A DNA stretch of 64,000 bases from Candidatus Poriferihabitaceae bacterium (GTDB lineage Bacteria; Pseudomonadota; Gammaproteobacteria; Arenicellales; Poriferihabitantaceae), in the NCBI GenBank assembly GCA_965226545.1, contig OZ245364.1, positions 1,835,890-1,899,889 on the forward strand. The letters run 5' to 3'. Below the pieces are notes generated by a model. The model saw nothing but the letters and a program-made list of their open reading frames with translations, ran no database searches and was not told the origin of the DNA. This document shows, piece by piece, positions 17,745 through 29,430 of this stretch. The position numbers and the translations under genes were made by a program. The stretch's first letter is position 1; the number at the start of each line of letters is the position of its first letter.

Positions 17745-18320
17745 TTAATCCGCATCGTCCGCCGCGCCTTTGCCGGCGGGTTTGACGCTGCGTTTGGGCG
17801 CAAGCACCATAATCATCTGTCGCCCCTCCATCTCCGCGGCTTGTTCGACCACGGCGATTTCGTCGAGGTCTTTTACGACCTGCTTGAGCATCGCCAAGCC
17901 CAATTCACTGTGCGCCATCTCGCGTCCGCGAAAGCGCATCGTGACCTTGGTCTTGTTGCCGACCTCCAAAAAATTCGCAAGTTTGCGCAATTTGACTTCG
18001 TAATCGGCGACATCGGTGCCCGGGCGAAATTTAATTTCTTTGACCGTGATTTGCTTTTGCTTTTTCTTCGCTTCGGCGCGTTTTTTGCTGGCGTTGTACA
18101 GATACTTGCCGTAATCCATCACGCGACACACCGGCGGTTCGGCGTGCGGCGCGATTTCGACCAAATCATGCCCGGCGTCCTGCGCGATTTGGCGCGCATC
18201 AGCAAGCGGCATTACCCCCAATTGGTCGCCGTTTTCCGCGACAACGCGAATCGGATCGCTTTGGATCTGTTCGTTTACGCGCTGCTGTTTTTGTTTAACG
18301 ATAGTCGTAGCCCTCGTCAA
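17745..18320 (-). CDS. infC: Translation initiation factor IF-3
   Basis: ...RVNEQIQSDPIRVVAENGDQLGVMPLADARQIAQDAGHDLVEI...KEIKFRPGTDVADYEVKL... No ATG is available near the N-terminus. The ORF-track start is TTG at 18320, so the exact start is uncertain. Confidence 0.85.
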   Translation of the reverse strand: MTRATTIVKQKQQRVNEQIQSDPIRVVAENGDQLGVMPLADARQIAQDAGHDLVEIAPHAEPPVCRVMDYGKYLYNASKKRAEAKKKQKQITVKEIKFRPGTDVADYEVKLRKLANFLEVGNKTKVTMRFRGREMAHSELGLAMLKQVVKDLDEIAVVEQAAEMEGRQMIMVLAPKRSVKPAGKGAADDAD

Positions 18321-18521
18321 GATCGAAAGAGGAAAGGTCGGCGCACCGCCTTCCGCGAATTGGGTTAATTAATAAGTCGTTAATTAAGTCGTTAATAACA
18401 GTGATTGGCGTCGTCAGTCACGTCGTTAGTCACGTCAACATTAAAGCCGCCGTTAACATCACGGATGTAACGATGACAATCGGCATTGTAAACCATAAAC
18501 AGTCGGCGCGCCTATGTGCGT

Positions 18522-20444
18522 CTATAAATCGAAATCACCGCGCAATGCAACTTGTTCGGCGAGAATGTTGGAAAAATCATCCGCCGACATCACGCCCAAA
18601 TCGCGCCCTTCGCGGGTGCGCACGGCAAGCGAATCGTCTTGCGCTTCACGTTCGCCAACCACCAACAAATACGGAATGCGTTGCAATGTGTGTTCGCGGA
18701 TTTTAAGCCCGATTTTTTCATTGCGCAAGTCGGATTCGGCGCGAAAACCGCCGGCGCACAATTGCGCGGCGACGCGCGCCGCATAATCGCCCTGTTTCTC
18801 GGTAATCGACAACACGCTGCATTGCACCGGCGCCAGCCACGGCGGGAATTTGCCTTCGTAGTTTTCAATCAAAATGCCGATGAATCGCTCGAAGGAACCG
18901 AGCAAGGCGCGATGCAACATCACCGGCGTGCGCTTGTCGCCGTGCGCGTCGATGTAATGCGCATCGAGCCGGCCGGGCATCGATAAATCGACTTGCATCG
19001 TGCCGCATTGCCACACCCGCCCGATGACGTCGCGCAATGAAAATTCAATTTTCGGCCCGTAAAACGCGCCTTCGCCGGGCAATTCCTTCCAAGTCAACCC
19101 TTTGGCGGCGAGCGCTTCGGCCAATGCGGCTTCGGATTTATCCCAATCGGCGTCGTTGCCGACGCGCGCTTCGGGGCGCAACGACAGCCGGTAAATCACC
19201 TCATCGAATCCAAAATCGCGGTATACCTCATGCAAAAAATCGATGAAGTCGGCGACTTCGCTTTGGATTTGTTCCTCGTCGCAAAAGATGTGTCCGTCGT
19301 CCTGCACAAAGCCGCGCACCCGCATCAAGCCATGCAAGGCGCCGGATAATTCATCGCGATGACACGAGCCGAACTCTGCCAATCGCAACGGCAATTCTCG
19401 ATAACTGCGCAAGCCCTGATTAAACACCTGCACATGACACGGGCAATTCATCGGCTTGAGCGCAAACCGCCGCCCTTCGGATTCGAGAGCGAACATATCA
19501 TCGCCGAATTTATCGGCGTGTCCGGAACGTTTCCACAGCGAAAAATCGACCACCGCCGGCGTGTTCACTTCCAAATAACCGCGCCGCTGTTGTTGCGCGC
19601 GCATGTATTGGCGGATGGTTTGATACAGCGTCCAGCCGTGCGGATGCCAAAACACCATGCCCGGCGCCTCTTCTTGCATGTGAAACAAATCCAGTTGTTT
19701 GCCGAGTTTGCGATGGTCGCGTTTGGCCGCTTCAGCCAGTTGGGTGAGATGCGCGTTGAGTTGTTTTTTATCCGGCCAGGCGGTGCCGTAGATTCGCTGC
19801 AGCATTTTATTGTTGGAATCGCCGCGCCAATACGCGCCGGAGACGCGCATCAATTTAAAAAATCGACACGCGCCCATCGACGGCACATGCGGGCCGCGAC
19901 ACATATCGACATATTCCTGATGAAAATACAATCCCGGCTGTTGGTCACGCGCAATGTTTTGTTCGAGGATTTCGACTTTATACGGTTCATCACGCTCGGC
20001 AAAAGTGCGATGCGCCTCATCCCACGACACCGTGCGTTTGACGACTTGATAATCGCTCGCCGCCAATTCGCTCATGCGTTTTTCCAATGCCGCCAAATCT
20101 TCGTCGGTGATGCGATGCGGCAAATCGATGTCGTAATAAAAACCGTTTTCAATCACCGGGCCAATCGCCATTTTGCTCTGCGGCCACAGTTGCTTGACCG
20201 CATGCCCGAGCAAATGCGCACAGGAATGCCGCAACACGCCTAAGCCGTCTTCATCCGCTGATGTAACAATCGACACCGCACAATCGTCGTCGACCACTTC
20301 GCAGGCATCGGCCAATGCACCGTCGATTTTGCCCGCCAACGCCGCCTTGCCCAACCGCGCACCAATGTTGTGCGCAATCTCGGCGATGCTCACCGGCTTG
20401 TCAAAACGACGTTTGGAACCGTCGGGCAGCGTGATTTCGGGCAT
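18522..20444 (-). CDS. thrS: Threonine--tRNA ligase
   Basis: 640 aa: [10 protein letters not shown]... (TGS domain), [11 protein letters not shown] (editing domain), class II core and anticodon-binding domain. Confidence 0.95.
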   Translation of the reverse strand: MPEITLPDGSKRRFDKPVSIAEIAHNIGARLGKAALAGKIDGALADACEVVDDDCAVSIVTSADEDGLGVLRHSCAHLLGHAVKQLWPQSKMAIGPVIENGFYYDIDLPHRITDEDLAALEKRMSELAASDYQVVKRTVSWDEAHRTFAERDEPYKVEILEQNIARDQQPGLYFHQEYVDMCRGPHVPSMGACRFFKLMRVSGAYWRGDSNNKMLQRIYGTAWPDKKQLNAHLTQLAEAAKRDHRKLGKQLDLFHMQEEAPGMVFWHPHGWTLYQTIRQYMRAQQQRRGYLEVNTPAVVDFSLWKRSGHADKFGDDMFALESEGRRFALKPMNCPCHVQVFNQGLRSYRELPLRLAEFGSCHRDELSGALHGLMRVRGFVQDDGHIFCDEEQIQSEVADFIDFLHEVYRDFGFDEVIYRLSLRPEARVGNDADWDKSEAALAEALAAKGLTWKELPGEGAFYGPKIEFSLRDVIGRVWQCGTMQVDLSMPGRLDAHYIDAHGDKRTPVMLHRALLGSFERFIGILIENYEGKFPPWLAPVQCSVLSITEKQGDYAARVAAQLCAGGFRAESDLRNEKIGLKIREHTLQRIPYLLVVGEREAQDDSLAVRTREGRDLGVMSADDFSNILAEQVALRGDFDL

Positions 20445-20617
20445 ATTGGAACGAGGTGAAACGCGGGAATTAATTGATTGCTTAATTAATCTTGCTTGAT
20501 TAATTAATTTAATGATGATTCATTAATTAATAACTATGAATAACGAGTGGAAAGTGACAATTAAAAAGTAACAGTTCAAAGTAACTTGTCAAAATAAAAA
20601 AACAACGCGCAACAAAT

Positions 20618-20694
20618 TGGTAGGCGCGAGTGGATTCGAACCACCGACCCCCACCATGTCAAGGTGGTGCTCTAACCAACTGAGCTACGCGCCT
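20618..20694 (-). tRNA. tRNA-Val (GAC)
   Basis: Reverse complement AGGCGCGTAGCTCAGTTGGTTAGAGCACCACCTTGACATGGTGGGGGTCGGTGGTTCGAATCCACTCGCGCCTACCA. The anticodon loop TTGACAT gives GAC. Confidence 0.9.
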
Positions 20695-20901
20695 GCAAAA
20701 AGTTTGCGAAGTATACGCCGATGCCGCGCGCAATGCAACGCACGACTCAATATCGCGTCTACTTCGATTCGAACTCGAACTCGACTTCGAATCGACTGTC
20801 AATCGCCTCACGGCATTACTTCGAATTGACTGTGAATAAACTGTTAAGTAACCGTCAATCGACCGTACATCGACTTCATCGAATCAACCGTCAACCAACC
20901 T

Positions 20902-22080
20902 TCACCGCACCGCCACCACCCGCCGCAACGCCAACGCCAATTCATCCAACGCCAGCCGACGGTCGAACGGTTCATTAACCATTTTGCGCAACGCGCCGAT
21001 TTTGTCGTATAACTCGAACGCCTTGTCGGTCGACCAATGCGCCGCGCGCGTCGGCGCCAGCGGGTTGGGCGCACCGGCGGTGGAGGCGCGAATCAAATCG
21101 CAACTGAGATGATGCAGCCAAATTAACAATTGCGCCAAATCATGTTTGGCGAATTCGCCGGACCAATCCAACGCGCCGCGATTGCCGGCCGCCAACGCCG
21201 CGGTTTCGCGCAAAAAGGCGCGATACAACGGCGGCAATTCGGCGTGATGCGCGGCCAATGCGCCCAACGGCGCACCGCCGGATAATTTCAACGCGGCTTG
21301 TAAATCTTCATCGCTTGCCTTCGGCGCGCGCTTTGCCAACCAATCGCGCGCATCGGATTCGCTTGGCGCGACCGCTTCGATTCGCATGCAGCGACTCAAT
21401 ATCGTCGCCGGCAACGTCTGCGGGGCGTGGGTGACCAACATCAGCACCGCATTGCTCGGCGGCTCTTCGAGCAACTTCAACAATGCATTGGCCGAGTTAA
21501 CATTCATCCGCTCAGCCGGCACCAACACCGCGACCTTGCGCGCGGCGATGTGCGGATGGGTGGCGAAGCGGTCAATCAACAATCGCACTTCGTCGATGGG
21601 GATTACGCTCGACGGGTTGGCGCGTTTTTCGCGCTTGGCGGCGTCTTGATAGCGGTCGCTGTATCGCGCGATTAATTCGATGCGCCCGCCGCTGGATTCG
21701 CGCTCGGTGGTCAACACATGAAAATCCGGATGGGTGGCGGCGGCAAACAAAACGCAGTTGCGGCATTCACCGCATGCCGGCGCATCGACGCGCGCGCGTT
21801 CGCACAACAACCATTGCGAAAATGCAATCGCCAATTCCCGCTTCGCCAACCCCGCCGCCCCGCAAATCAACAACGAATGATGCAATGAATCGACATCATC
21901 GGTCAGCCGCCGCCACAACGGACGCAACCATTCATATTCGCGGATGTCGATGGCGGCGGTGTCGACGCCACTGTCGGCGGCATTGCGCGTAACCTTGCGA
22001 CGCGCAGTCGCGGACGATGGCGCTTTTTTAGTTGTCTTTTTGGCGACTTTCGTCTTGGTTTTCTTTTTAACGGCGTTCAT
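20902..22080 (-). CDS. holB: DNA polymerase III delta-prime subunit
   Basis: HSLLICGAAGLAKRELA...CGECRNCVLFAAATHPDFHVL...LLKLLEEPP. It carries an unusual ~60-aa Lys-rich N-terminal extension (KKKTKTKVAKKTTKKAP...), so the start is uncertain. Confidence 0.8.
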   Translation of the reverse strand: MNAVKKKTKTKVAKKTTKKAPSSATARRKVTRNAADSGVDTAAIDIREYEWLRPLWRRLTDDVDSLHHSLLICGAAGLAKRELAIAFSQWLLCERARVDAPACGECRNCVLFAAATHPDFHVLTTERESSGGRIELIARYSDRYQDAAKREKRANPSSVIPIDEVRLLIDRFATHPHIAARKVAVLVPAERMNVNSANALLKLLEEPPSNAVLMLVTHAPQTLPATILSRCMRIEAVAPSESDARDWLAKRAPKASDEDLQAALKLSGGAPLGALAAHHAELPPLYRAFLRETAALAAGNRGALDWSGEFAKHDLAQLLIWLHHLSCDLIRASTAGAPNPLAPTRAAHWSTDKAFELYDKIGALRKMVNEPFDRRLALDELALALRRVVAVR

Positions 22081-22285
22081 TATTTTGCGTCGTTGATTAA
22101 GGTTAGTTGGTTAATTAATGTTAATTGGTTAATGCGAGTTGATTAATGTTGGTGACTTAACTTGCGAAGAGTGTCGTTGTCGCTGTCGTCGTTGTCGCCG
22201 TCGTCACTGTCATCGTTGCACTTGTTACTTGCACTTGCACTTATCGACTGTCACTTAACATTTGTCACTTATCACTTAACACCAA

Positions 22286-22936
22286 CTACCCGGCTCGCGC
22301 ATCGATAAATTCATCCAACACCCGCCCAATCGCCTCTTGCACCACCTCGACATCAGGGTCGGCATCGATGCGCACAATGCGTTGCGGATGCGCATTGGCG
22401 CGCTCGCGATAGGCTTGGTTGACTGCGCGTTGGAAAGCGTCGGCTTGGCTGTCGAAACGTTCATCCATCACCAACCGCCGCTGCAGCCGCGACCGCCCGA
22501 CATCCAGCGACACATCCAACCATAAAGTTAACGCCGGCTGCAATGCGCCTTGCACCCATTTTTCCAATCGCTCGATTTCCGCCAAGGCGATGCCGCGTCC
22601 GCCGCCTTGATAAGCGTAAGTGGCGTCGGTGAACCGGTCCGACAACACCCATTTGCCCGCCGCCAAAGACGGGGCGATGAGTTCGCGGATGTGTTGTGCG
22701 CGCGCGGCAAACATCATCAACAATTCGGCTTGTGCGTCGATGGCGACTTCGCGTTCATGCAGCAACAGCGAGCGCAACACTTCGCCCAAGGCGGTGCCGC
22801 CCGGTTCGCGCGTGCGCACAACATCGACGCCGCGCGCGCGCAACCGCGCATCGATGAAATCCAATTGCGTCGATTTGCCGGCGCCGTCTGCGCCTTCGAG
22901 CGTGATGAATGCGCCGCGTGTGGTCGAGTCGTTCAT
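22286..22936 (-). CDS. tmk: Thymidylate kinase
   Basis: GAFITLEGADGAGKSTQ... P-loop and dTMP kinase layout. Confidence 0.9.
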   Translation of the reverse strand: MNDSTTRGAFITLEGADGAGKSTQLDFIDARLRARGVDVVRTREPGGTALGEVLRSLLLHEREVAIDAQAELLMMFAARAQHIRELIAPSLAAGKWVLSDRFTDATYAYQGGGRGIALAEIERLEKWVQGALQPALTLWLDVSLDVGRSRLQRRLVMDERFDSQADAFQRAVNQAYRERANAHPQRIVRIDADPDVEVVQEAIGRVLDEFIDARAG

Positions 22937-22988
22937 CGTTGATTTAACCTTTTGGTTAACCTTTGGTTTAACTTTTTCATCACCACTG

Positions 22989-24068
22989 TTAACCTTTCTT
23001 GCGGCGGGCTAACAGATATTCGCGCACCGCGCGATTGTGTTGCTGCAGCGTTTTGGAAAACACGTGGCTGCCGTCGTCGCGCGCGACAAAATACAGTTCA
23101 TCGGTGTCAATCGGATTCATCGCCGCCAAAATCGAACCCCAGCCCGGCAAACTAATCGGCGTCGGCGGCAACCCGCCGCGCGTATAGGTGTTGTACGGCG
23201 TGTCGGTTCGGAGATGCGCGCGGGTGATGTCGCCGGCGTAATCCGCGCCGAGACCGTATATCACGGTCGGGTCGGTTTGCAGGCGCATGCCCTTTTGCAA
23301 TCGATTGCGAAACACCCCGGCGATGCGCGGCTTCTCCGATTCGAGACGCGATTCTTTTTCGATAATCGACGCGATGATTAATGCATCGTATTCATTTTGC
23401 CACGGCAACTCATCGGCGCGTTCAGCCCAGGCGCGCGACAACTTTTCGCGCATCAAGGCAAACGCCTGTCGATACACCGATAAATCGGTTTGCCCGGCGG
23501 TGTAATGATAAGTGTCCGGGAAAAACCGCCCTTCGGGATGCAGATTCGGATGCCCGAGTTTTGCCATCAGTTGTTCATCGCTTAACTCGGCGACTTGTTG
23601 TTTTAACTTCGGCGCGCGTTTCAATTGCGCGCGCATTTGCGCAAAAGTCCAGCCTTCGATAATCGCCACTTTGATGTCGACTTGCCCTTCGCCTTGCACG
23701 ACATCGCGCAAAAATCGCCGCAACGATATGCGCGCATCGAAACGGTATTCGCCAAAACGAATCTTGCGCGCGCGATTGCCCCACAACGCCAGCAACCGCA
23801 ATTGCCAACCGTGCGCATCGCGCGCCAACACACCCTGTTCGCGCAATTGCGTCGTCAATGCATTCAGCGTGTCGCCGCGTTGGATGATAATCGTGCGCCC
23901 GACAAAATCGCGCGGGCGATTGAGTTCATAAATACAAAACGCCGCGAGTGCAGTTAACGCTGCGAGCGCCGACCACATCGACCATCGAGTGACGCGGCGC
24001 ACCGTGTGCATCGTTGGTGCGCGCTTATGCATCGAGTCGCGCATCGACTTTTTCGAATCGCGCGTCAT
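22989..24068 (-). CDS. mltG: Endolytic murein transglycosylase MltG (YceG family)
   Basis: ...ASIIEKESRLESEKPRIAGVFRNRLQKGMRLQTDPTVIYGL...YNTYTRGGLPPTPISLPG... Start set at the ATG at 24068, which overlaps the fabF stop (ATGA). Confidence 0.85.
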   Translation of the reverse strand: MTRDSKKSMRDSMHKRAPTMHTVRRVTRWSMWSALAALTALAAFCIYELNRPRDFVGRTIIIQRGDTLNALTTQLREQGVLARDAHGWQLRLLALWGNRARKIRFGEYRFDARISLRRFLRDVVQGEGQVDIKVAIIEGWTFAQMRAQLKRAPKLKQQVAELSDEQLMAKLGHPNLHPEGRFFPDTYHYTAGQTDLSVYRQAFALMREKLSRAWAERADELPWQNEYDALIIASIIEKESRLESEKPRIAGVFRNRLQKGMRLQTDPTVIYGLGADYAGDITRAHLRTDTPYNTYTRGGLPPTPISLPGWGSILAAMNPIDTDELYFVARDDGSHVFSKTLQQHNRAVREYLLARRKKG

Positions 24069-25309
24069 GCGTCGACCGCGCCAAACACCAACGTGCCGTT
24101 GGTGCCGCCAAAGCCGAAGGAATTCGACAGCGCATACCGCACGCGCATCTTGCGCATGCCGTCGGCGACAAAATCCAAATCGCATTCGGGGTCTTGGTCG
24201 ACCAAATTAATCGTCGGCGGAATTTCGCCGTGATATATCGTCATTGCGGTCATCACCGCCTCGACACCGCCGGCCGCGCCGAGCAGATGCCCAATCATCG
24301 ATTTATTCGAACTGACCGCCAATTTCGATGCATGCGCGCCGAAGGCGGTTTTAATCGCTTGGGTTTCGGCGATGTCGCCAATCGGCGTCGAGGTGCCGTG
24401 GGCGTTGATGTAATCAATTTGCGTCGGCGCAATCGCGGCGTTTTTAAGCGCACTTTGCATGCAGCGCACCGCGCCCTCGCCGCCCGGCGCCGGCGCGCTG
24501 ATGTGATGCGCATCGCCGCTCATGCCGAAGCCGTTGAGTTCGGCGTAAATTCGCGCACCGCGCGCGCACGCGTGTTCATATTCTTCGAGCACCATCACGC
24601 CCGCGCCTTCGCCCATCACAAAGCCGTCGCGCCCAATATCCCACGGACGGCTGGCGTGCGTCGGTTCATCATTGCGCGAACTCAACGCGCGCGCCGCGCT
24701 AAACCCGGCGACCGAAGTCGGCGAAATCGGCGCTTCGGCCGCGCCGGCGACCATCGCATCGGCGTCGCCGTATTCAATCATCCGCGCCGCATCGCCGATG
24801 GCGTGGGTGCCGGTGCTGCAGGCGGTTACCATCGCAAGATTGGGGCCTTGCAAGCCGTATAAAATCGACAGATTGCCGGACACCATGTTGGTAATCGTCA
24901 TCGGGATGTAGAACGGCGAGACGCGGCGCGCGCCTTTGGCCGCGTATAACGCGGTGGTGGCTTCGATGGTGTTGACGCCGCCGATGCCGGAGCCGATGTA
25001 TACGCCGATGCGCGGCGCATTGGCGGCGTCAATTTTCAGGTTGGAATCCTCGATGGCTTCGATGCCGGCGGCGATGCCCAATTGCATAAACCGATCCATC
25101 TTGCGCGCCTCACGCGCGCCCAACTTTTCCGCCGCATCAAATTCGCGAATTTCGCCGGCGATGCGACACGGCAACCCGCTCGCATCGAAACAGGAAATCG
25201 TCGAGATGCCGCTCTGCCCGGCGCACATCGCCCGCCAAGTGCCGGGCAAATCCACCGCCAACGGCGAAACCGCGCCCAGCCCGGTAATTACAACGCGTCG
25301 CTTCATCAA
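24065..25309 (-). CDS. fabF: 3-oxoacyl-ACP synthase II
   Basis: MMKRRVVITGLGAVSPL...ACSTGTHAIGDA...HGTSTPIGD...GHLLGAAG. Confidence 0.95.
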   Translation of the reverse strand: MMKRRVVITGLGAVSPLAVDLPGTWRAMCAGQSGISTISCFDASGLPCRIAGEIREFDAAEKLGAREARKMDRFMQLGIAAGIEAIEDSNLKIDAANAPRIGVYIGSGIGGVNTIEATTALYAAKGARRVSPFYIPMTITNMVSGNLSILYGLQGPNLAMVTACSTGTHAIGDAARMIEYGDADAMVAGAAEAPISPTSVAGFSAARALSSRNDEPTHASRPWDIGRDGFVMGEGAGVMVLEEYEHACARGARIYAELNGFGMSGDAHHISAPAPGGEGAVRCMQSALKNAAIAPTQIDYINAHGTSTPIGDIAETQAIKTAFGAHASKLAVSSNKSMIGHLLGAAGGVEAVMTAMTIYHGEIPPTINLVDQDPECDLDFVADGMRKMRVRYALSNSFGFGGTNGTLVFGAVDA

Positions 25310-25611
25310 AGCCTCGTCATTGAATCGTCATCGAATCGTCATCGACTCATCACTGTTATCGCCGCTTCAGCGTCGCGTGTTGTACACGACAATGCGAACG
25401 GCGGAATGCGGAAACGGTGCAGGTGGCGACACGGTCGACATCGACAATACGGTCGACTCTGAGCAAAACAAGTAACACGGTCAAAGCCGACACGGTCGCC
25501 GCCGCCGCATCGTCCACTATCGACACCACCGTCATCGACACCGTCGACAACGCCAATACAACACAACGGGCGACGGTCAACGCAATGCGCCAACCGTCGC
25601 GCGACGCCGCA

Positions 25612-25848
25612 TTAGCCGGTGTTGGCTTCGATGTAGGCGATGGCATCTTTGACGGTGACGATGCCTTCGGCTTTGTCGTCGGGGATTTCAGTGTCGAATT
25701 CCTCTTCGAGCGCCATGACCAACTCGACGGTATCGAGCGAATCGGCGCCGAGGTCGTCGACAAACGACGCCTGCGGAGTCACTTTTTCGGCGGTGACGCC
25801 CAACTGTTCAACCACAACCTTTTTTACGCGTTCTTCAATGGTGCTCAT
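25612..25848 (-). CDS. acpP: Acyl carrier protein
   Basis: [18 protein letters not shown]...[19 protein letters not shown] (phosphopantetheine Ser motif DSLD). Start at the ATG at 25848. Confidence 0.95.
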   Translation of the reverse strand: MSTIEERVKKVVVEQLGVTAEKVTPQASFVDDLGADSLDTVELVMALEEEFDTEIPDDKAEGIVTVKDAIAYIEANTG

Positions 25849-26004
25849 TGCGTTTAACTCCTCCGAGTCAAATGGATACAGGGTTAAAAACGACAAAGCG
25901 GGCGATGGTGTACTCAAAGCGATGCGCCAAAAGCGTACCGCCAATCGCCCGGCGGTGCGCGAGTATAGCACAACATCGCGCCGCGTGTCGTTACCGCTCA
26001 GCCG

Positions 26005-26796
26005 TCACGCCATCAACATTCCGCCGTTGACATGCAAGGTCGCGCCGGTCAAATAGCCGCCGCCGCTGGACGCCAAAAACACCACCGCCGCCGCGACATC
26101 GTCGGGCGCACCAAGCCGCGCCAACGGGATTTGCGCGCGCAACGCATCGCGCTGCGATTCCGCCAACTCGGCGGTCATGTCGGTTTCGATAAAGCCCGGC
26201 GCGATTGCATTGACCGTGATGTTGCGCGATGCAACTTCGCGCGCCAACGCTTTGGTGAAGCCGAGCATGCCGGCTTTGGCCGCGGCATAATTGCTCTGCC
26301 CGGCATTGCCGCTCGCGCCGACCACCGAGGCGATGTTGATAATCCGCCCAAACCGCGCCTTGCTCATCGGCCGCAAACAGGCGCGCGTCATTCGATACAC
26401 CGATTTAAGATTGGCGTCGAGCACTTCATCCCATTGCGATTCGCTCATGCGCATTAATAAATTGTCGCGGGTGATGCCGGCGTTATTGACCAACACTTCG
26501 GGCGCGCCGAATTTTGCGCAGATAACTTCCAACGCGCGCGCAATCGAATCGTCGTCGGTAACATCCATCACCAACCCGACGCCTTTAATATCCGCTTGCT
26601 TTAACGCCGCATCGATTTGCGCCGCACCGTCGGCGGAAGTGGCGGTGCCGACAACCACCGCGCCATGCGCGCCCAACGCCAACGCAATCGCCCGCCCAAT
26701 GCCGCGCGTTGCGCCGCTGATTAAGCAGGTGTGGTTGAGTTGGAAGTTAACTTGAGAATTCACTTGCGAGTTTGTTTGTGCGTTCATTTTGGTCAC
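26005..26796 (-). CDS. fabG: 3-oxoacyl-ACP reductase FabG
   Basis: ISGATRGIGRAIALAL...NAGITRD...YAAAKAG..., an SDR. The N-terminal NSQVNSQVNFQ low-complexity segment makes the start uncertain. Confidence 0.9.
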   Translation of the reverse strand: MTKMNAQTNSQVNSQVNFQLNHTCLISGATRGIGRAIALALGAHGAVVVGTATSADGAAQIDAALKQADIKGVGLVMDVTDDDSIARALEVICAKFGAPEVLVNNAGITRDNLLMRMSESQWDEVLDANLKSVYRMTRACLRPMSKARFGRIINIASVVGASGNAGQSNYAAAKAGMLGFTKALAREVASRNITVNAIAPGFIETDMTAELAESQRDALRAQIPLARLGAPDDVAAAVVFLASSGGGYLTGATLHVNGGMLMA

Positions 26797-26957
26797 TGAT
26801 GTTTTACTGTCGATTTAAAGTTGTCAAAGTTGTCAACGTTGTCGTTGCGAAGTTACTGTTACAAAGTCACTATTAATACAAAGTCACTATTAACAAGTTA
26901 ACGATTAAAGTTACTGTGAAAGTTACTGTTCAAAGTTAACCGTCAAAATCACCGCCA

Positions 26958-27956
26958 TCACATTTTAATCAACGCCGCACCCCAAGTAAAACCGCCGCCG
27001 AAGCCTTCGAGCAAAATATGTTGCCCGGCTTGCACCCGCCCATCGCGCACCGCCACATCCAACGCCAGCGGCACAGACGCGGCCGAAGTGTTGCCGTGTT
27101 TATCGACCGTAACCACGACTTTATCCGCGCCGATTTGCGCGCGTCGACCGACCGCGTTGATGATGCGGATGTTGGCTTGATGCGGTATCAGCCAATCGAT
27201 TTGTTCGCGCTGCATATCATTGGCGCGCAGCGTTTCATCGATGATGTCGCTCATTGCGGTCACCGCCCAACGAAAAACTTCGCCGCCTTCCATCTTCGTA
27301 AACGCTTCGCCGTCGCGCACTTTTTGATAATTGCGCGACACGCCAACCGGCACGCACAACAAATCTTTATAGCGCCCGTCGCTGTGCAAATGCGTCGACA
27401 ACACCCCGGGCTGTTCGCCGGCTTGCAACACAACCGCCCCTGCACCGTCGCCGAATAATACGCAAGTGCGCCTATCGCTCCAATCGATAATCCGCGAAAA
27501 AGTTTCTGCGCCAACCACCAACGCGCATTTTGCCGCGCCGCCGCGAATGAATTGGTCGGCAACGCCGAGCGCAAATAAAAACCCGGCGCACACCGCCTGC
27601 ACATCAAACGCCGGACAACCGCGCACGCCGAGTCGTTCCTGCAACAAGCAGGCGGTGCTGGGGAACACTTGGTCGGCGGTGGTGGTGGCGACGATGATTA
27701 AATCAATCTGTTGCGCATCGATGTCGGCCGATTCGAGCGCGCGCAATGACGCCTGTTGCGCCAAATCCACGGTGAATTGGTCGTCCGCGGCGATGCGCCG
27801 TTCGCGGATGCCGGTGCGAGTTTCAATCCATTCGTCGCTGGTGTCAATCATCGACTCGAGGTCTTTATTGGTGACGATTTTTTCCGGCAGATAACCGCCG
27901 GTGCCGATGATGCGGCTGTAGTTTTTTGCGCCGTTGTTCATTGCCTTGCTGTTCAT
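26958..27956 (-). CDS. fabH: 3-oxoacyl-ACP synthase III
   Basis: ...[15 protein letters not shown]...HQANIRII...[12 protein letters not shown]... Confidence 0.9.
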   Translation of the reverse strand: MNSKAMNNGAKNYSRIIGTGGYLPEKIVTNKDLESMIDTSDEWIETRTGIRERRIAADDQFTVDLAQQASLRALESADIDAQQIDLIIVATTTADQVFPSTACLLQERLGVRGCPAFDVQAVCAGFLFALGVADQFIRGGAAKCALVVGAETFSRIIDWSDRRTCVLFGDGAGAVVLQAGEQPGVLSTHLHSDGRYKDLLCVPVGVSRNYQKVRDGEAFTKMEGGEVFRWAVTAMSDIIDETLRANDMQREQIDWLIPHQANIRIINAVGRRAQIGADKVVVTVDKHGNTSAASVPLALDVAVRDGRVQAGQHILLEGFGGGFTWGAALIKM

Positions 27957-29083
27957 TGCACTGAGGCGCGCGGCGCAGTTGCTTTCGAATCGTCTTGAGA
28001 TTCGGTTTGTGAATCAGTTTGTGATTCGGACTCGGACTCGGATTGTGACTTCGACTGCGCCGACCGTTCGAGCATCGCTTCGGGCGATTGCGTCAACGCG
28101 CGTTCGATGCGCCGCACCAATCCTTGTTGCGCTTCGGCGATGCCAACCTCGAGCGCGCAACCAAAGCCCAACACATCCGCGCCGCCGTGTGATTTAACCA
28201 CCGTGCCGCGCAAGCCCAACAAACTTGCGCCGTTGTATCGCCGATGGTCGAGACGTTGTTTAATTGCATCGAGCACCGGCTTGGCAACCAAGGCGCGCGC
28301 GCGCGTCGCCAAATCGCGCGTGAATTCTTCCTTCAGCACAGTCATTATTAACTGCGCCACCCCTTCGCTGGCTTTCAGGGCGGCGTTGCCGACAAAGCCG
28401 TCGCACACCACCAAATCGGTGCCGCCGACATAGATGTCATCCGCTTCGACATAGCCGACATAATTGAGCGCACTTTGTTTAAACAATTGCGCCGCCGCGC
28501 GAATCGTGTCGCCGCCTTTAACATCTTCGACGCCGATGTTAAGCAAGCCAACCGAAGGGCGCGGTTTATCGGCAAGGCAATGCACCAAGGTCGCGCCCAT
28601 CACGCCGAATTGAAAAAGTATCTCGGCCGGGCTGTCGATGTTCGCGCCCATATCCAGCACATAGGTGGTGTTGCCATCGATGCGCGGCAGCCCGACACAA
28701 ATCGCCGGACGGTCGATGCCGGCAATGGTTTTTAATACGAATCGCGCAGTCGCCAATAACGCGCCGGTGTTGCCGGCACTGACGCATGCATCGGCGCGTC
28801 CGCTCTGCACCAAATCCAACGCAACGCGCATCGATGAGTTCTTTTTTTTGCGCAACGCCTGCGCCGGCGATTCATCCATCGCAACAATTTGGTCGGCTTG
28901 TTGTATCTGCAATCGTTCGCCGGTATGCGCACCGGCGACGGACAATTGCGCATCAATCCGCGCACGGTCGCCGACCAAAATTTGCCGCACTTCCTTATGG
29001 CGTTTGCCGATTTGCAAAGCGGCCGGTATGGTCACTTCCAACCCGCGGTCGCCGCCCATGGCGTCTATGGCGAGGGTAATCAT
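27953..29083 (-). CDS. plsX: Phosphate acyltransferase PlsX
   Basis: [14 protein letters not shown]... from the ATG at 29083. The stop overlaps the fabH start. The C-terminus carries a low-complexity tail [27 protein letters not shown]. Confidence 0.9.
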   Translation of the reverse strand: MITLAIDAMGGDRGLEVTIPAALQIGKRHKEVRQILVGDRARIDAQLSVAGAHTGERLQIQQADQIVAMDESPAQALRKKKNSSMRVALDLVQSGRADACVSAGNTGALLATARFVLKTIAGIDRPAICVGLPRIDGNTTYVLDMGANIDSPAEILFQFGVMGATLVHCLADKPRPSVGLLNIGVEDVKGGDTIRAAAQLFKQSALNYVGYVEADDIYVGGTDLVVCDGFVGNAALKASEGVAQLIMTVLKEEFTRDLATRARALVAKPVLDAIKQRLDHRRYNGASLLGLRGTVVKSHGGADVLGFGCALEVGIAEAQQGLVRRIERALTQSPEAMLERSAQSKSQSESESESQTDSQTESQDDSKATAPRASVQ

Positions 29084-29143
29084 CGAAGCGCAATACGCGG
29101 TTGGGAAATCAATGGCGGGCGCGATTGAGCGCACCCGGCGGCG

Positions 29144-29341
29144 TTATTCCTCCGCGGCGTCCTCTTCGCTTTTGAAGTGAACAAGTTTCTTGCCGCGATA
29201 AAAACCGTCCGCGGTGATGTGATGCCGCCGATGTTGTTCGCCGCTGACCGGATCAATCGACAAGGTCTTCGCTTTAAGCGAATCATGCGACCGCCGCATG
29301 TTGCGACGAGACGGGGTTTTGCGGCTTTTTTGGACTGCCAT
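29144..29341 (-). CDS. rpmF: 50S ribosomal protein L32
   Basis: [22 protein letters not shown]... from the ATG at 29341. Confidence 0.9.
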   Translation of the reverse strand: MAVQKSRKTPSRRNMRRSHDSLKAKTLSIDPVSGEQHRRHHITADGFYRGKKLVHFKSEEDAAEE

Positions 29342-29392
29342 AATTGCCTCTGCGGATTTGGTGCTGCGGATTGCTGTTGCGTGGATTGCGCG

Positions 29393-29403
29393 ATTATACA
29401 CAA
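29393..29403 (-). promoter_or_regulatory. Promoter-like TTGTGTATAAT upstream of rpmF
   Basis: The minus strand reads ttgtgtataat ~50 nt upstream of the rpmF ATG. It is the same 11-mer as at 563 and 846. Confidence 0.4.
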
Positions 29404-29430
29404 CTCGTTGGGGGTGTGCTGATGCATTTA

